Assembly: GCF_006345805.1 (NCBI RefSeq)
Contig: NC_043001.1
Location: 82,832,001-82,896,000, forward strand
Direction: 5' to 3'
Origin: Octopus sinensis
Lineage: Eukaryota
DNA: 64,000 nucleotides
Under the pieces are notes generated by a model that was not told the DNA's origin, searched no databases, and was given only the letters and a program-made list of their open reading frames with translations. The translations under genes were made by a program, and so were the position numbers. Positions 24,979-37,299 of this stretch are shown here, piece after piece (position 1 is the stretch's first letter; the number at the start of each line of letters is the position of its first letter).

Positions 24979-25345
24979 GTGGTTAGGGCAGCGGACTCGC
25001 GGTCATAGGATCGCGGTTTCGATTCCCAGGCCGGGCGTTGTGAGTGTTTATTGAGCGAAAACACCTAAAAGCTTCACGAGGCTCCGGCAGGGGATGCTGG
25101 TGATCCCTGCTGTACTCTTTCACCACAACTTTCTCATTCTTACTTCCTGTTTCTGTTGTACCTGTATTTCAAGGGGCCGGCCTTGTCACTCTCTCTGTCA
25201 CGCTGAATATCTCCGAGAACTACGTTAAGGGTGCACGTGTCTGTGGAGTGCTCAGCCACTTACACGTTAATTTCACGAGCAGGCTGTTCCGTTGATTCGG
25301 ATCAACCGGAACCCGCATCGTCGTAACCGACGGAGTGCTTCCATC
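24979..25345 (+). mobile_element. tRNA-derived SINE, family C (tail type 1)
   Basis: gtggttagggcagcggactcgcggtcataggatcgcggtttcgattccc (tRNA-like A/B boxes), body shared with 57703-57893. Confidence 0.88.
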
Positions 25346-25959
25346 CAATGTATACATGATTGTTTGAGTTACTGTTTGTATATGTATGTGTTTATCCGTG
25401 TTGTTTCGTTCCAGTTGAGTACCTCTGTCCTTTGTATCCTAGTTGCAAAACTACTAACGTATATTTTTAATCTTTGGCACTTTCTAGATGAACAACATCA
25501 TGTTTTCCGGCCAGCGCCGAAACTGTTATGATTCTGGATAATTACCTGGCTGACGAAAGTGTTTTTCGACGTCGCTTTATTATTCGTTAATTGTTGTCAA
25601 CGCCTTCGCACTATTATATGTACCGGTGTATTTGCTTGCTTGCTTGTGTGTGTGCGTGTGTGCGTGTGTGTATGTGCGTGTGTGTGTATGTGTGTGTTTA
25701 CGTTTATGTATATGTTTATTGCAGTTTGTGAGAGAGTTTCTGCCGAAAACACATCCACTCGTTGTAGTTCGTTACTTTTATAATTGACTAATTAATTTTT
25801 GGAGAAATCATTGAAACATTCACTGTTGTGTCATGAAGACCTTTGAAAACACGAATTAATTGATTAATTAACCAATTAATTGTTTAATTTATTAATTAAT
25901 AATATAAAAGTGAACTGTATCCATTGCGTATGCTTTTATTGGCAAAATTACTCGTTTGA

Positions 25960-26240
25960 TGTGCAAGGAAGGAGAGAAAAAGATACATAGAGAAAGTAAG
26001 AGAGGAAGAAAAAAAACAGAAGAGGATAAAAGAAGGAGAAAGAGCTAGAGAGAAAGGGAAAGAGAGAGAGGGAGAAAGAAAAAGAGGATAACAAAGAGAG
26101 TAACAGCTAGAGAGAAAGAGAGAGAGAGGAAGAAAAAAGGAAGAGAGAAAGAGCTAGAGAGAAAGAGAAAGAGAGAGAAAGAAAGAAAGAAAGAAAAAGA
26201 GGATAAAAAAGAGACAGAGTTAGAGAGAGATAGACAGGAA

Positions 26241-26271
<31 letters not shown>

Positions 26272-26295
26272 GTGAAGAAAAAGAAAAAGTGAAAG
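25960..26295. repeat. Long purine-rich (GA/GAAA) tract
   Basis: Almost exclusively A/G on the + strand. Confidence 0.9.
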
Positions 26296-26479
26296 AAAAA
26301 TGGCTGCCAATAAATACTGCATTGTTTTCCACCATTTTGCGCTCGCAATTCTTTGTTGCGATCACACACACATACACACACACACACATACATTCACTGA
26401 TATACCCACACATGTTTTCATTATATGTGTGTATATTCGAAATTCGTTAATTCCGTTCATACTCTTTGTATAAGCATTT

Positions 26480-27040
26480 GTCTTTAGGTGCAGGCGTGAC
26501 GGCTTGGTTAAGAAGTTTGCTTCACAACCACATGATTTCGGGTTCAATCCCACAGTGTGGAAACTTGATCAAGCGTCTTTTACTGTAGCCCTGGGCCGAC
26601 ACAAAGTGGCTGGAACTTGAAAAAAACCCGTCGTATATCTCTCTTTTTCTCTCTTTTACTTGTTTCAGTCATTTGACTGCGGCCATGCTGGAGCACCGCC
26701 TTTAATCGAGCAACTCGACCCCGGGACTTATTCTTTTGTAAGCCCAGTACTTATTCTATCGGTCTCTTTTGCCGAACCGCTAAGTGACGGAGACATAAAC
26801 ACACCAGCATCGGTTGTCAAGCAATGCTAGGGGACAAACACAGACACACAAACACACACACGCATATATATATATATACGACGGGCTTCTTTCAGTTTCC
26901 GTCTACCAAATCCACTCACAAGGCTTTGGTCGGCCCGAGGCTATAGTAGAAGACACTTACCCAAGGTGCCACGCAGTGGGACTGAACCCGGAACCATGCG
27001 GTTGGTAGACAAGCTACTTACCACACAGCCACTCCTGCAC
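26480..27040. mobile_element. Family A SINE head (+, 26480-26625) and full family A SINE (-, 26650-27040), tail to tail
   Basis: gacggcttggttaagaagtttgc...ggttcaatcccac on +; near-consensus full copy on -. Confidence 0.85.
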
Positions 27041-27049
27041 CTATATATG

Positions 27050-27392
27050 TATGAGGGATGCTGAAAAGTTACTGCTTTTAAGGTTGTCGGGAAAGAACTG
27101 GTTGGAAGCCCTACCTTTCGAGTTCTTTTACAAAGCTTAGAGAAATTGAAGGACCGTTGCAATAAGTGTGGATCTGAGAGGAGAATAAGTTGAATAAAAT
27201 CATAATTCACTGATCCTCCTGTATTTTCTTTTACCTAAAGCCAAGATGATCAGTTGATTACGATTTTATTCAGCATATTCTCCTATCAGATTCATACACT
27301 TATCGCAACGGTCCTTCAATTTTTCTAAGCTCTGTAAAAGCATTCGAAAGGTTGGGCCTCCGACCAGTTCTTTCGTTCAGAACCCCTCGTGT
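27050..27392. mobile_element. Two Tc1/mariner-type MITE remnants in inverted orientation
   Basis: tatgagggatgctgaaaagtt... is homologous to the TIR-bounded MITE at 58422-58642; 27258-27390 is a reverse-complement partial copy. Confidence 0.7.
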
Positions 27393-27796
27393 ATGTGTGT
27401 TTCTGTGTGTGTGTCTTTATGTTTGCCTCCCACCATCGTTTGATAACCGGTGCTGGTTTCTTCGTGTTTTCGTAACTTAGCAGTTCGGCAAAAGGAAACG
27501 GTAGAATAAATATCAGACTTAAAAAAAAAAAATCCTAAATACTCGGGTCGATTTGCTTTACTAAAACCCTTGAAGTCCGAAGTCCTATGACTGAAACAAG
27601 TAAAAGATAAAAACCAAGAGGTAGACCCCAGTTGTTTTCTGGTTCGTGGTTTCTCAGTGAATTGATGCTTGGACGAGACAAGTTAAAATGATGCCGGTGA
27701 GGTTCATATTTCTGACTCTCTCACACACACACGCATACACACGCACACTCAGTATTGGTCTCAAATTTTGGACTAAATTTTGCATATCATCCTTTT

Positions 27797-27960
27797 AGGC
27801 GCCGACGTGGTTGTGTGGTAAAGAAGTCTACTTCCCAACCACAAGGTTCCGGGTTCAGTTCCACTATGTAACACTTTGGACATGTATCTTCTATTATAGT
27901 TCCGGGCCGACCAAAGCCTTATCAGTAGATTTGGTAGACGGAAAGTGGAATAAGCCCGTG
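27797..27960 (+). mobile_element. SINE family A, 5' half, adjacent to the PLE 3' end
   Basis: gacgtggttgtgtggtaaagaagtc...ggttccgggttcagttccac...ggtagacggaaagtggaataagcccg. Confidence 0.8.
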
Positions 27961-28009
27961 GTATATATATAAATAAATGAAAGAATGGAGTTGAACGACG
28001 AATTAAAAA

Positions 28010-28110
28010 AATTCCTTTATTCTCGACATGTTTCGAAGGCTGCATATTCCTAATTTCGAAGGAATAAGGGGTGCATTATGCCGCCTTCTCATCAGGAAAA
28101 ACAAGGAATT
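28010..28110 (-). ncRNA. Type I hammerhead ribozyme in the PLE 3' terminal region
   Basis: Minus strand aattccttgtttttc-CTGATGA-gaagg...ccttc-GAAA-cat-GTC-gagaataaaggaatt: perfect 5-bp stem II base, palindromic ACATGT stem III, GUC triplet, long stem I with an internal loop. Confidence 0.85.
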
Positions 28111-28669
28111 ATGTCAGCATCAAGATGAACAAAAACTTTTAGATGACTGCCCACACGGAGCCCATAGCGATAATGAGTGTTTCTTTAAAATATTCCGTTA
28201 TAAGCAGTTACGTCAAAAATGGTTGAATGTAGAAGATTCTAGAAGGTTCAAGGGTTCAAACAAGGTTGGAGGAGAAAGGTCTAAGAATAGGAAGGTGACA
28301 GGGTGCAAGTCATATGAATGGTGATTTGTTGTTGTTTTCTTTTGTGATTGAGTGCCTATGTGTGTGTATGTATATAACTGCATTCATGTCTATGTGTGTG
28401 TATGTGTGCGCGTGATTGTGTGTGTGGTTGGGTAGATGCCAAAAACAAACAGTGGTGAAGTGACAGGTTTGTGTCTGTGTGTTTGATTGTGCTTACGATA
28501 GAGAGAGTGAAAGAGAGAGAGATAGAGGAGGGCGAGGTAGAGAGACAAAGGTAAAACATACCTCAATGGATTGGGTAGTAGTCCTTTATGAGTATAAAAA
28601 TTGACTATGTGGGTGATGTATAAATGGAACTAAATTATTAAAATTTAAGGAGGTTATCTATATTAATCA

Positions 28670-31298
28670 TCATTCATATGAGTGAAAGGTGTGTTTCTGC
28701 CAGTGCATGCACCTACAGGATTTTTCGACCATTGTATTTATTAAAGGGACTTTGGCGAACAATATATGGAAAAGTTCGGAATTACAGACGCCACAAAATT
28801 TTCTGCCCTTATCAAACGGAAAGGATACAGACAATGTGGACCATTTCAGCTTGAAAGTTGTATTGCTGTCCTTAAGACGCCAAACTAATTTACTTAGTCC
28901 TATGCTTTGTTGTTTTCTCTTATCTCGGAAAGTTGAATAATGATTGGAGATCCTCTGGGCTAATTTAGAAGTAGTTTCCCCAATGTAGAAGAAGACATCG
29001 GTACCGGAAGAAATTTTACACTGGTAAATGGAATTTCTAATTTTGGAATTGCTGGATAAGAACTTTAATCTGTTAGGGTTTACCTCCGAGACTAAGACGG
29101 AGTTTTTATTGTTATGATTGCTGTTAATATTATTGCTAGCATTGACCACAATACTATTCCTATTATTATTATTACTATTAATTGTACTATCGTCGGCAAT
29201 TTCCCTGACTATAGGAATGCTGGTGTTGTTATCATCAATACTACCACTGTTATTAGAAATGCTGTCGTTATTACCACTAACACTACCACTGTTAATAATC
29301 CGACTAATATTATTATTAATATTACTATTGTTAATGCCAACGCTGCTATGAATGTTGCTATTATCAATACTATTTCTATTATTATTATTATTATTGTATG
29401 TTTGGTTGGAATTGGTAAGGGCAGTGTCGTAACTCCCGGGTGATGAGTCCTTATTTAGCAGCTTGTTATTATGGGAGGCAATGATCTGCGATAGATTTCT
29501 AGTGTTAGAGAACACAATCCTTACCTTATGTGAATTGATAGTAGAGTAATACCTAGAATTCCTGGGAAAGTTCCTAGCTACGGCTTCACGGAACTGTAAA
29601 GGGAGGTTTGACCTGATTTGTTTCCCGAAATGTATGACAAACCAGATATAGTCTTTTGTGGACTTAGAATAGTTCAGAGTGTTACCATTTACATTAAAGG
29701 GAGTATTTCTGTGCTGGAGAATTGGTGTTGGTTGCCGATTGCCTCCCCTGGTCCGTAAATTATTTTTGTTAAGTATAGTGGTGTCGACGTTGTTAGAGCT
29801 GAAATCATTATTTACATTATTTCTATTGTTATTAGTTTTCTTATCCTGAGAAGCATATATTGGTTTAGAATGGGCCAGGTCTATATATACTTTATCTCTA
29901 TAACCGGCTTTTGACATGGCGGCGTTATAAAATTCCGCTTTTTGGTTAAAGATGTCAACATTAGCAGATAAATTTGATAGTCTTAAGGAAATATTTTTAA
30001 CTAAATTATCGGTGATATTTTTGGCATGGTTACTGAAAATGCTGATATATTTAAAATTAGTAGAAGGCTTATGATAAGGGAAGTAAGAATTATTCTGCAG
30101 ATTTAGGGTAACATCTAAGAAGTTGGCTTTAGTTAATTCGTCGTCGAAAACTATGCTCAAGCCCATTCTGCTAAAAAATCTAGCTAATCTGTTTTTAGTC
30201 TTCTGTATCATATTGTTCGGAGCATTCTGTAGGTAAAGTAGACAATCGTCTCGATACAGACCGCCGCAGATGTCCGGGAATTGGTCGGCCAATTCATAGA
30301 GAATATAGATTCCGACCAAATCGGCTATCTGGGCGCTATCTGTACTTCCCATTAGCACATCGAACGCGTTGGGGGTATCCCTGCGGACCCATAACTTATC
30401 ATCGAACTGTATGAAGGATTTTCTAGCCGCTAAAATCACATTAATTTCCTCCCTTGAGAGGCCTGCCTTATTATGTGCGTGCCATAGGGCCTTATTGAGT
30501 ACACTAGGGTTGATCGAAGGGTAGAAACTAGATATATTGAATTGAATGAATTTTGTGTTGTCCTTATTAGTAATAGAAGTAAACCACTCTACGACTTGAG
30601 TGGAGTTTTAACTTATTGATTAATATAGGTATGTATTTATCTAAAATGTACTTAGTAAGGATACCGATGTCGGAACTAGAGGGGCATATGAGCCTTAATG
30701 CCGGGTTGGTATGAAAGTTTGGTTTATGGTCCTTAACGATGAATCTTGGTTTTCTGGGGTTCAGCGGTTGTGTTTTCATTTGTAATCCATATGTTCCATG
30801 ATTTTATTAATTTCTAAGTTGGCTTGTCTGAGTGTATTCCTACTTGATGTCCTGTAATTCTTATGTATTTCTTTCTTGAGCATTTCTAAATACTGGTTCT
30901 TTGCTAGCTTATATGTGTTCCTGGTTTTATCCGATTGGACCAGGATAGCGTCTAAACTGTTTATATCTTTGATGACTTTATCGAGGTATTTGAGGTGTTT
31001 ATTCCTAAGGGGCGATTTACGGAATTTAATGGCCCTTACGATGTCCCACAGATCATCTTCAAATTTCTTCAGTCTGGGATGGATTAGGTGGAGAGGTTCC
31101 CCTCGACTTAAATAACTTTTTATATTCGAAAGATGTGTCAATACTGTTCCGTTTTATGTCCTCATTATCGTGGAAGAAGGCGAGCCATCTAATGCGGTTG
31201 ATAAATGCATTTGTTTTGTTAACAATTTCCTTAAGGAAGGTTTCTTTTGGTGGTATTGGTATGTCCTTAAGGGATGCGTTAATGTCGAACAACTCCAT
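28670..31298 (-). pseudogene. Naiad PLE polyprotein (RT plus GIY-YIG), frameshifted
   Basis: Four successive ORF pieces (31298-31059, 31141-30776, 30779-30567, then ~30600-28670) join by frameshift; RT motif A reads FNISSFYPSI with Asn in place of the catalytic Asp (30536-30538). Confidence 0.88.
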
Positions 31299-31579
31299 TT
31301 GCGGTATCGGTTAAGGTAGCAGGATTTCAAGGAGACTGTATATGAATAATTGAGTAGTTGAATGAATTATCCTATTATGGATAATTCGGTTAACCGATAC
31401 CTGGGTAGCAAATTCACGTCAGAAAAACACGGTTGAAGCTACATGCCAAGGGCAGAGATCACGTGCTTTCGTGTGGAAATTTGTGTTTATAGACTGCCAT
31501 ATTAGTATGGCGATAACTATTAATATCCAGTAACGCTGCCGTAATCTCCTTTAGAGAGACTTAGTAATTTTAATATTTC

Positions 31580-31666
<87 letters not shown>

Positions 31667-31729
31667 TGTATGTATGGTGTATGTATGTATGTGTGTATGT
31701 ATGTATATTTGTATGTATTTGTGCGTCTG

Positions 31730-31935
31730 CATTTATCACCCCAGCATCGCTTGACAACAGATGGTGGTGTGTTTACGTCCCCATAACTTAGTGGTTCGGC
31801 AAAAGTGTCCAATAGAATAAATACTTGGCTTACAAAAAATAAGTCCTCAGGTCGATTTCTTAGGACTAAAGCCCTTTAAGGCGGTGCTCCAGCGTGGTTG
31901 CAGTCAAGTGACTGAAACAAGTAAAGGAATAAAAG
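31730..31935 (+). mobile_element. SINE family A, 3' half
   Basis: ggtgtgtttacgtccccataacttagtggttcggcaaaag...ggcggtgctccagcgtggttgcagtcaagtgactgaaacaagtaaagg. Confidence 0.85.
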
Positions 31936-31980
31936 AATATATGTGTGTGTCTGTGTCTGTGTATGTGTGAGTGTGTGTAT

Positions 31981-32023
<43 letters not shown>

Positions 32024-32650
32024 TGTGTGTGAGTGTGTGTGTGCTTATGCATGTGTTTTTATTAATGTATGCATTCATAATTATCTGATGTACCATTTCC
32101 ATAACCTTTCTTTTATTCGGGTCTCCACTCCAAACCACTTTAAACGTTAGTAGGGCTCAGTGCCTTGGTGAAAAAGGAAAGGGATAGAATGAGTTGAGAC
32201 GGGTTTGTGTGATAGGATGGGAGGTGAGTCATACTTATATACATTCATACACGCGCACACACACACAGACTCCCATACACACCCATACATATATATACAC
32301 ACACACACAAAAGCACACAGATACATACATACTCAGTCGTATATGTATATATACATACATTCATATACACATACTAATAACAAGGCATGTACACGTATGT
32401 TGAAATAGACTGTTTCCTGCCTTTTAGTTCTTCCGTCGTTGTCGACGATGATCAATAACAAACATAAGGGAGATGTCGGGGTATACACATACGTGCATAC
32501 ACACATATGCACACCCACACCCATACACGCTTTCTCACTCATTTATACGCTCTCTCTTTCTATCATTCTCGCTGTCTGACACACGCACTCCTCATACGAA
32601 GACAAACGCATTCTTATCTTCATACGCATACACACACGTAAGTATAAATG

Positions 32651-32685
<35 letters not shown>

Positions 32686-32953
32686 GTACACACGTACACC
32701 CTCACACGCTAACTCATTTACACTTTCTTTCTATCTCTCTCTCTCTCTCTCTCTCTTTGACACACACGCGCCCATACAATGACAAACGTATACTCACACT
32801 CATATGCGTAGTAACACACACACATACACACAGACACACACACGTACATACACATTTGTGCGTAGGCATATACACATACATTGAAACATATAGACACGCA
32901 AACACAAATACAAGTACGGATATACCTATATACAGACATGCATACGCTTACGT

Positions 32954-32988
<35 letters not shown>

Positions 32989-33604
32989 CCTTTGTCTCTG
33001 TCTGTCTCACTTTTTCTCACACACACACACACACCTTCTTTCACTCCCTCTTCCTCTATCTCTCTTTCTCTGTCTCGCTTTCTCTCTCTGACTCACATAC
33101 ACATACACATACAAGTTCCCTCTCTGTCTCTCTCTATTTCTTTGTCTGTCTGTCTATTTATCTTACCTCTCTCTCTCATACACAAACACACATACACACA
33201 AACACTCACAGATACACACAAGCATACATAGACACAAGACATTTACAAAAACACGCACGCAGACACACTCTCTTACACACACACACAAACACACACTAGT
33301 CACCTCTTTCCGACACACTAGCTCCTCTCTCACACACACGCTAACATACACACACACACAGACATACATAGATACAGATACACACAAGCATACACACACA
33401 CAAACACCCACAAACACACATACAAACACACAAGCATACATACACACACACACGCACGCACACACACACACACACACATAAACGTACACAAGAGACACAA
33501 GACACGCACAAAGACTCACACACAGACACGCATATACTCTTATAGGCACACACTTACACATACACACACACATACTAGATCCCTCCACAAATACTAGACC
33601 GCTT

Positions 33605-33639
<35 letters not shown>

Positions 33640-33642
<3 letters not shown>

Positions 33643-34010
33643 ACTAACCACCACCCCTTCACACTTACCAGCCCCTCACACATACATACACACGTACACA
33701 AATACACAAACTAGCCACCAGCAACCCTCACACATACATACACACGTTCACACACACACACACAAACTAGCCACCAACACCCCTCACACATACATACACA
33801 CGTACACACATACACACAAACTAGCCACCAACACCCCTCACACATACATACACACGTACACACACACACAAACTAGCCACCAACACCCCTCACACATACA
33901 TACATACACACAAACTAGCCACAAGCACCCCTCAGACATACATACACACGTACACACACACACACACAGACACACTAGCCACTAACACCCCTCACACACA
34001 TACTAACCGC
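33640..34010. repeat. Minisatellite, ~50-55 bp unit, about six copies
   Basis: Recurring ctagccaccaacacccctcacacatacatacacacgtacacaca(ca)n-caaa. Confidence 0.85.
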
Positions 34011-34412
34011 TACCCTTCGACCACACACATACACACACACACACCGCCGCACGACACACGCAATTCACAATGCTTTTGAATATTGCAAAGTTACACAGCA
34101 TGTCAGAACGAAACGTATTAAGGTGGGCCGCCATTGAGAATTGATGTTATTCGGGGTTACAGAGATGGCAATAGGAGGACTATATTGATGGCAGGGAAGG
34201 GCTACTGTGTTGCAAGATAGGGATCTTATATGTGACCTGTCTCGCCCAGTTGACCTCTTCTTTTTAACTTTTCTTTTGAACTCTTCACACAAACGACCCC
34301 GGTCGTTTTGTTTTTTTTTTTCTTCTTCTCATTTCTTCTTCTGGCTTCTTCTCACCCACCACGCCATTTCATTCTCCTTTATTTCATTCTTTTGTTCGTC
34401 TGTCTATCTGTC

Positions 34413-34449
<37 letters not shown>

Positions 34450-34678
34450 CCTTCTTCATCTTCTTCTTCTTCTTCTTCTTCTTCTTCTTCTTCTTCCTCT
34501 TCCCCTCCTCCTCTTCCCCTCCTCCTCCTTCTTCGTTTTCTTTTCTTCCCTTTTCCTTCATTCTTCTTTTTATTCTCGTCTTCTTCGTTATCTTTTCTTC
34601 ATCCTCCTCATCGTCTCTCATCTTTCTTCGTCTTCCCCTCTTCTCTTCCACCACCACCACCACCACCACCAACCACTT

Positions 34679-34734
<56 letters not shown>

Positions 34735-35092
34735 GCCACTACTACTACAATTGCTCCTGTTATTAAAACTATTACCGCTTGGTCTTCCTCTTTATTCTTG
34801 TTGCTATTTAACCCAAGTACAACAGTGATCAAGATTTACGATCCTAGACATTCCTACCATGACCAACCAGTCTTTTAGGGTGTTATCTAGGACGTCATTA
34901 AGCAGCATGTCCTTTCAGTTACAAAATTGTACGACGTGATTCTAGGGAGATTTCGTTGCTATTTTAGCAGGCTGTGCGACCATGTAGAGTATATTGTTAT
35001 TATTGTAACTATTAATGTATTAATGAAGCAATAAGTACTAGGGCTTATTGTATCATGTATAATCCCTCTCCTGGGGTCGCTAGTTCGATCTG

Positions 35093-35320
35093 TGTGAAGG
35101 CGCAGGGTTTAAATGACAGGGCATTTGGTTCACGACCGTAAGATCATAAGTCTTATTTCCGGCGGCGCGTTGTGCTCTTGGGCAAGACTCTTTATTTCAC
35201 GTTGCGCCAGTCCACTCAGCTGGCAAAAACTGAGTAGCTGTATTTCAAAGGACCAACCTTGTCACAACGTGTGACCCTCTGAATTTCTATGAGAACTACA
35301 TTAAGGGTACTCTTTTACTC
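35093..35320 (+). mobile_element. tRNA-derived SINE, family D (CORE-like centre, tail type 1)
   Basis: gtgaaggcgc... head; gttgtgctcttgggcaagactctttatttcacg resembles the CORE-SINE motif; tail tgtatttcaaagg...gagaactacattaagggtac. Confidence 0.7.
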
Positions 35321-35324
35321 TTTT

Positions 35325-35730
35325 ATTCTTTTACTTGTTTCAGTCGTTTGCCTGTGGCCATGCTAGAGCACCGCCTTTAGTCGAGCAAATCGACCCCAGG
35401 ACTTATTCTTTGTAAGCCTAGTACTTATTCTATCGGTCTCTTTTGCCGAACCGCTAAGTTACGGGGACGTAAACACACCAGCATCGGTTGTCAAGCGATG
35501 TTGGGGGGACAACACAGACACACAAACATATACACAGATATACATATATACATATGTATATATATATATATACGACGGACTTGTTTCCGTTTTCCGTCTA
35601 CCATATCCACTCACAAGGCTTTGGTCAGCCCGATGCATAGTTGAAGAGACTTGCCAAAGGTGCCACGGAGTGGGACTGAACCCGGAACCATGTGGTTCGT
35701 AAGCAAGCTCCTTACCACACAACCACTCCT
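35325..35730 (-). mobile_element. SINE family A, full length
   Basis: Near-consensus copy from cttttactcttttattc to ccacacaaccactcct. Confidence 0.92.
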
Positions 35731-36039
35731 ACGGGGATTTTTTCCTGTTTAGCTGCCACTTTTCAATTTCTTCAATTTTTGCTCCAATTGATTTCATATT
35801 TGGTGTGCTGATGTAGTTTTGTAAAGTAATCATTGACATGAAATTCCTTTTCTGGAAAAAGTGAATTATCTCCTGAGATTCGGCGTAAAAAATTACATCA
35901 ATGCACCAGGTGCAGCCAAACAGAAATGATCCGGGTATAGGTTAAACATTATGTATTGTCTAAAAAACTAAAATACACGTAGATAGGTGTGTAGAAGTAA
36001 TATTTGCAAATTGAAGAAGGTTGAAGATGTTGGATTCAC

Positions 36040-36225
36040 GATGGTAAGGTCGTGAGCTCGATTTCTGGCGGTGCGTTGTCTTTGAGCAAGACACGTTATT
36101 CTAGCCCATTCGGCTGGCAAAGATGTGTTGTACCTCTGTTTCAAAGGGTTAGGCTTGTGACATTCTGACTGACGCTGAATCTCCCTGAGAACTACATAAG
36201 CAGTAAGCATGTCCGCGGAGTGCCT
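36040..36225 (-). mobile_element. Degenerate family D-like SINE fragment (sense appears to be +)
   Basis: cgttgtctttgagcaagacacgttatt...tcagctggcaaa-like and ctgagaactacataag segments match 35165-35315; orientation same as that copy. Confidence 0.45.
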
Positions 36226-36234
36226 TCTACTATA

Positions 36235-36334
36235 NNNNNNNNNNNNNNNNNNNNNNNNNNNNNNNNNNNNNNNNNNNNNNNNNNNNNNNNNNNNNNNNNN
36301 NNNNNNNNNNNNNNNNNNNNNNNNNNNNNNNNNN
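36235..36334. other. Assembly gap (100 N)
   Basis: Run of n characters. Confidence 1.
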
Positions 36335-37299
36335 AATGACGACTCTTCAGACATGGTGGCGGAAAGGGAATAGTTTCTTTTATGCTGGTAGTATATATAG
36401 ACCTTTAGAAGCTAGGTGATGGAAAAAGAAAAGCAGCGAAACAGTGAAAAAATTAAAACTTTCCAGATGAAAAGAAGAGATATTTCCAATGAAATGGTGT
36501 TAACTATGGGGGAAATGTGTAAGCTTTTTATGTGTGTGTGTGTGCGTGCGTGTGTATGTGTGTGCGTGTGTGTGTGCGTGCGTGTTTACATAATATTCAA
36601 TAGTCTGAAAAATGACCACAAAGCCATGGCGAATTTGCTTTCATAAGGGCAGCATCCCAAAATTTCCCGTTTTGAATATAGAGAACCTTTGTTTGTAATG
36701 ATTCTCCTCTCAGATAAGGAGATCCTGCCTTGCCTACTTCCATTCGTATACAACTTAGACCGTTCCAACAACTTCACATCGCGATATGGCTTTCTCTTTT
36801 AATCGCTTGATATAGTTTGCTAACGTTGTTGCATTCCACCATTCCTGGATTGAAACAGAAATATAACAAATCATGAAGGAATATACGTCAGAAATAGAAG
36901 AATACAACCGGCCCCTTCCACACATACGCAAATTAACTGCTGCCTTAAACCAATGATAACATCATTAATAACATCCGTCAAACACAAAGACTAAAGCTGC
37001 CACTAAAAGAAAGAATATAACAGCAGAAACGATCTCATAATATGGCTGAGACCTCAAAACACAGAATAGTCAGAGTAAAAATGCACAAAACCCTAAAACA
37101 TCGATGCAGGTCATATAGGTCCTCGTTGAAGCAACGAATCAAATACCCAATCACACGAAAAATATACCCGTAACTCTGAAGAAAAGCAAATGGAATAAAA
37201 TACACGCCACAGCGGATATACCAAAGATGACATTAAGAGTAACACGTCAAAAACAATAATGAAAAAATATATTTACTGCACAACAAAGAAGTATTGATG

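Larger units (their letters stand above)
27968..31590 (-). mobile_element. Penelope-like element, Naiad-type, near full length
   Basis: N-terminus SLKDIPIPPKETFLKEIVNKTNAFINRIRWLAFF, KDHKPNF...RLICP, GSTDSAQIADLVG, GGLYRDDCL, NFLDVTL, C-terminal GIY-YIG (IYQCKI...YIGET...RISNH...LSKLVWRLK...CGVC...CRCMH). Bounded by (TA)n. Confidence 0.92.

Noticed and set aside
28560-31298. Selenocysteine recoding, reported for some Naiad PLEs
   Set aside because: The TGA stops that end the ORF pieces coincide with frameshifts rather than Cys positions, and I see no convincing SECIS after the stop.
36586-36860. RNase H-like KLYTNGSR motif on the minus strand
   Set aside because: Single short motif without the catalytic Asp and without supporting downstream motifs.
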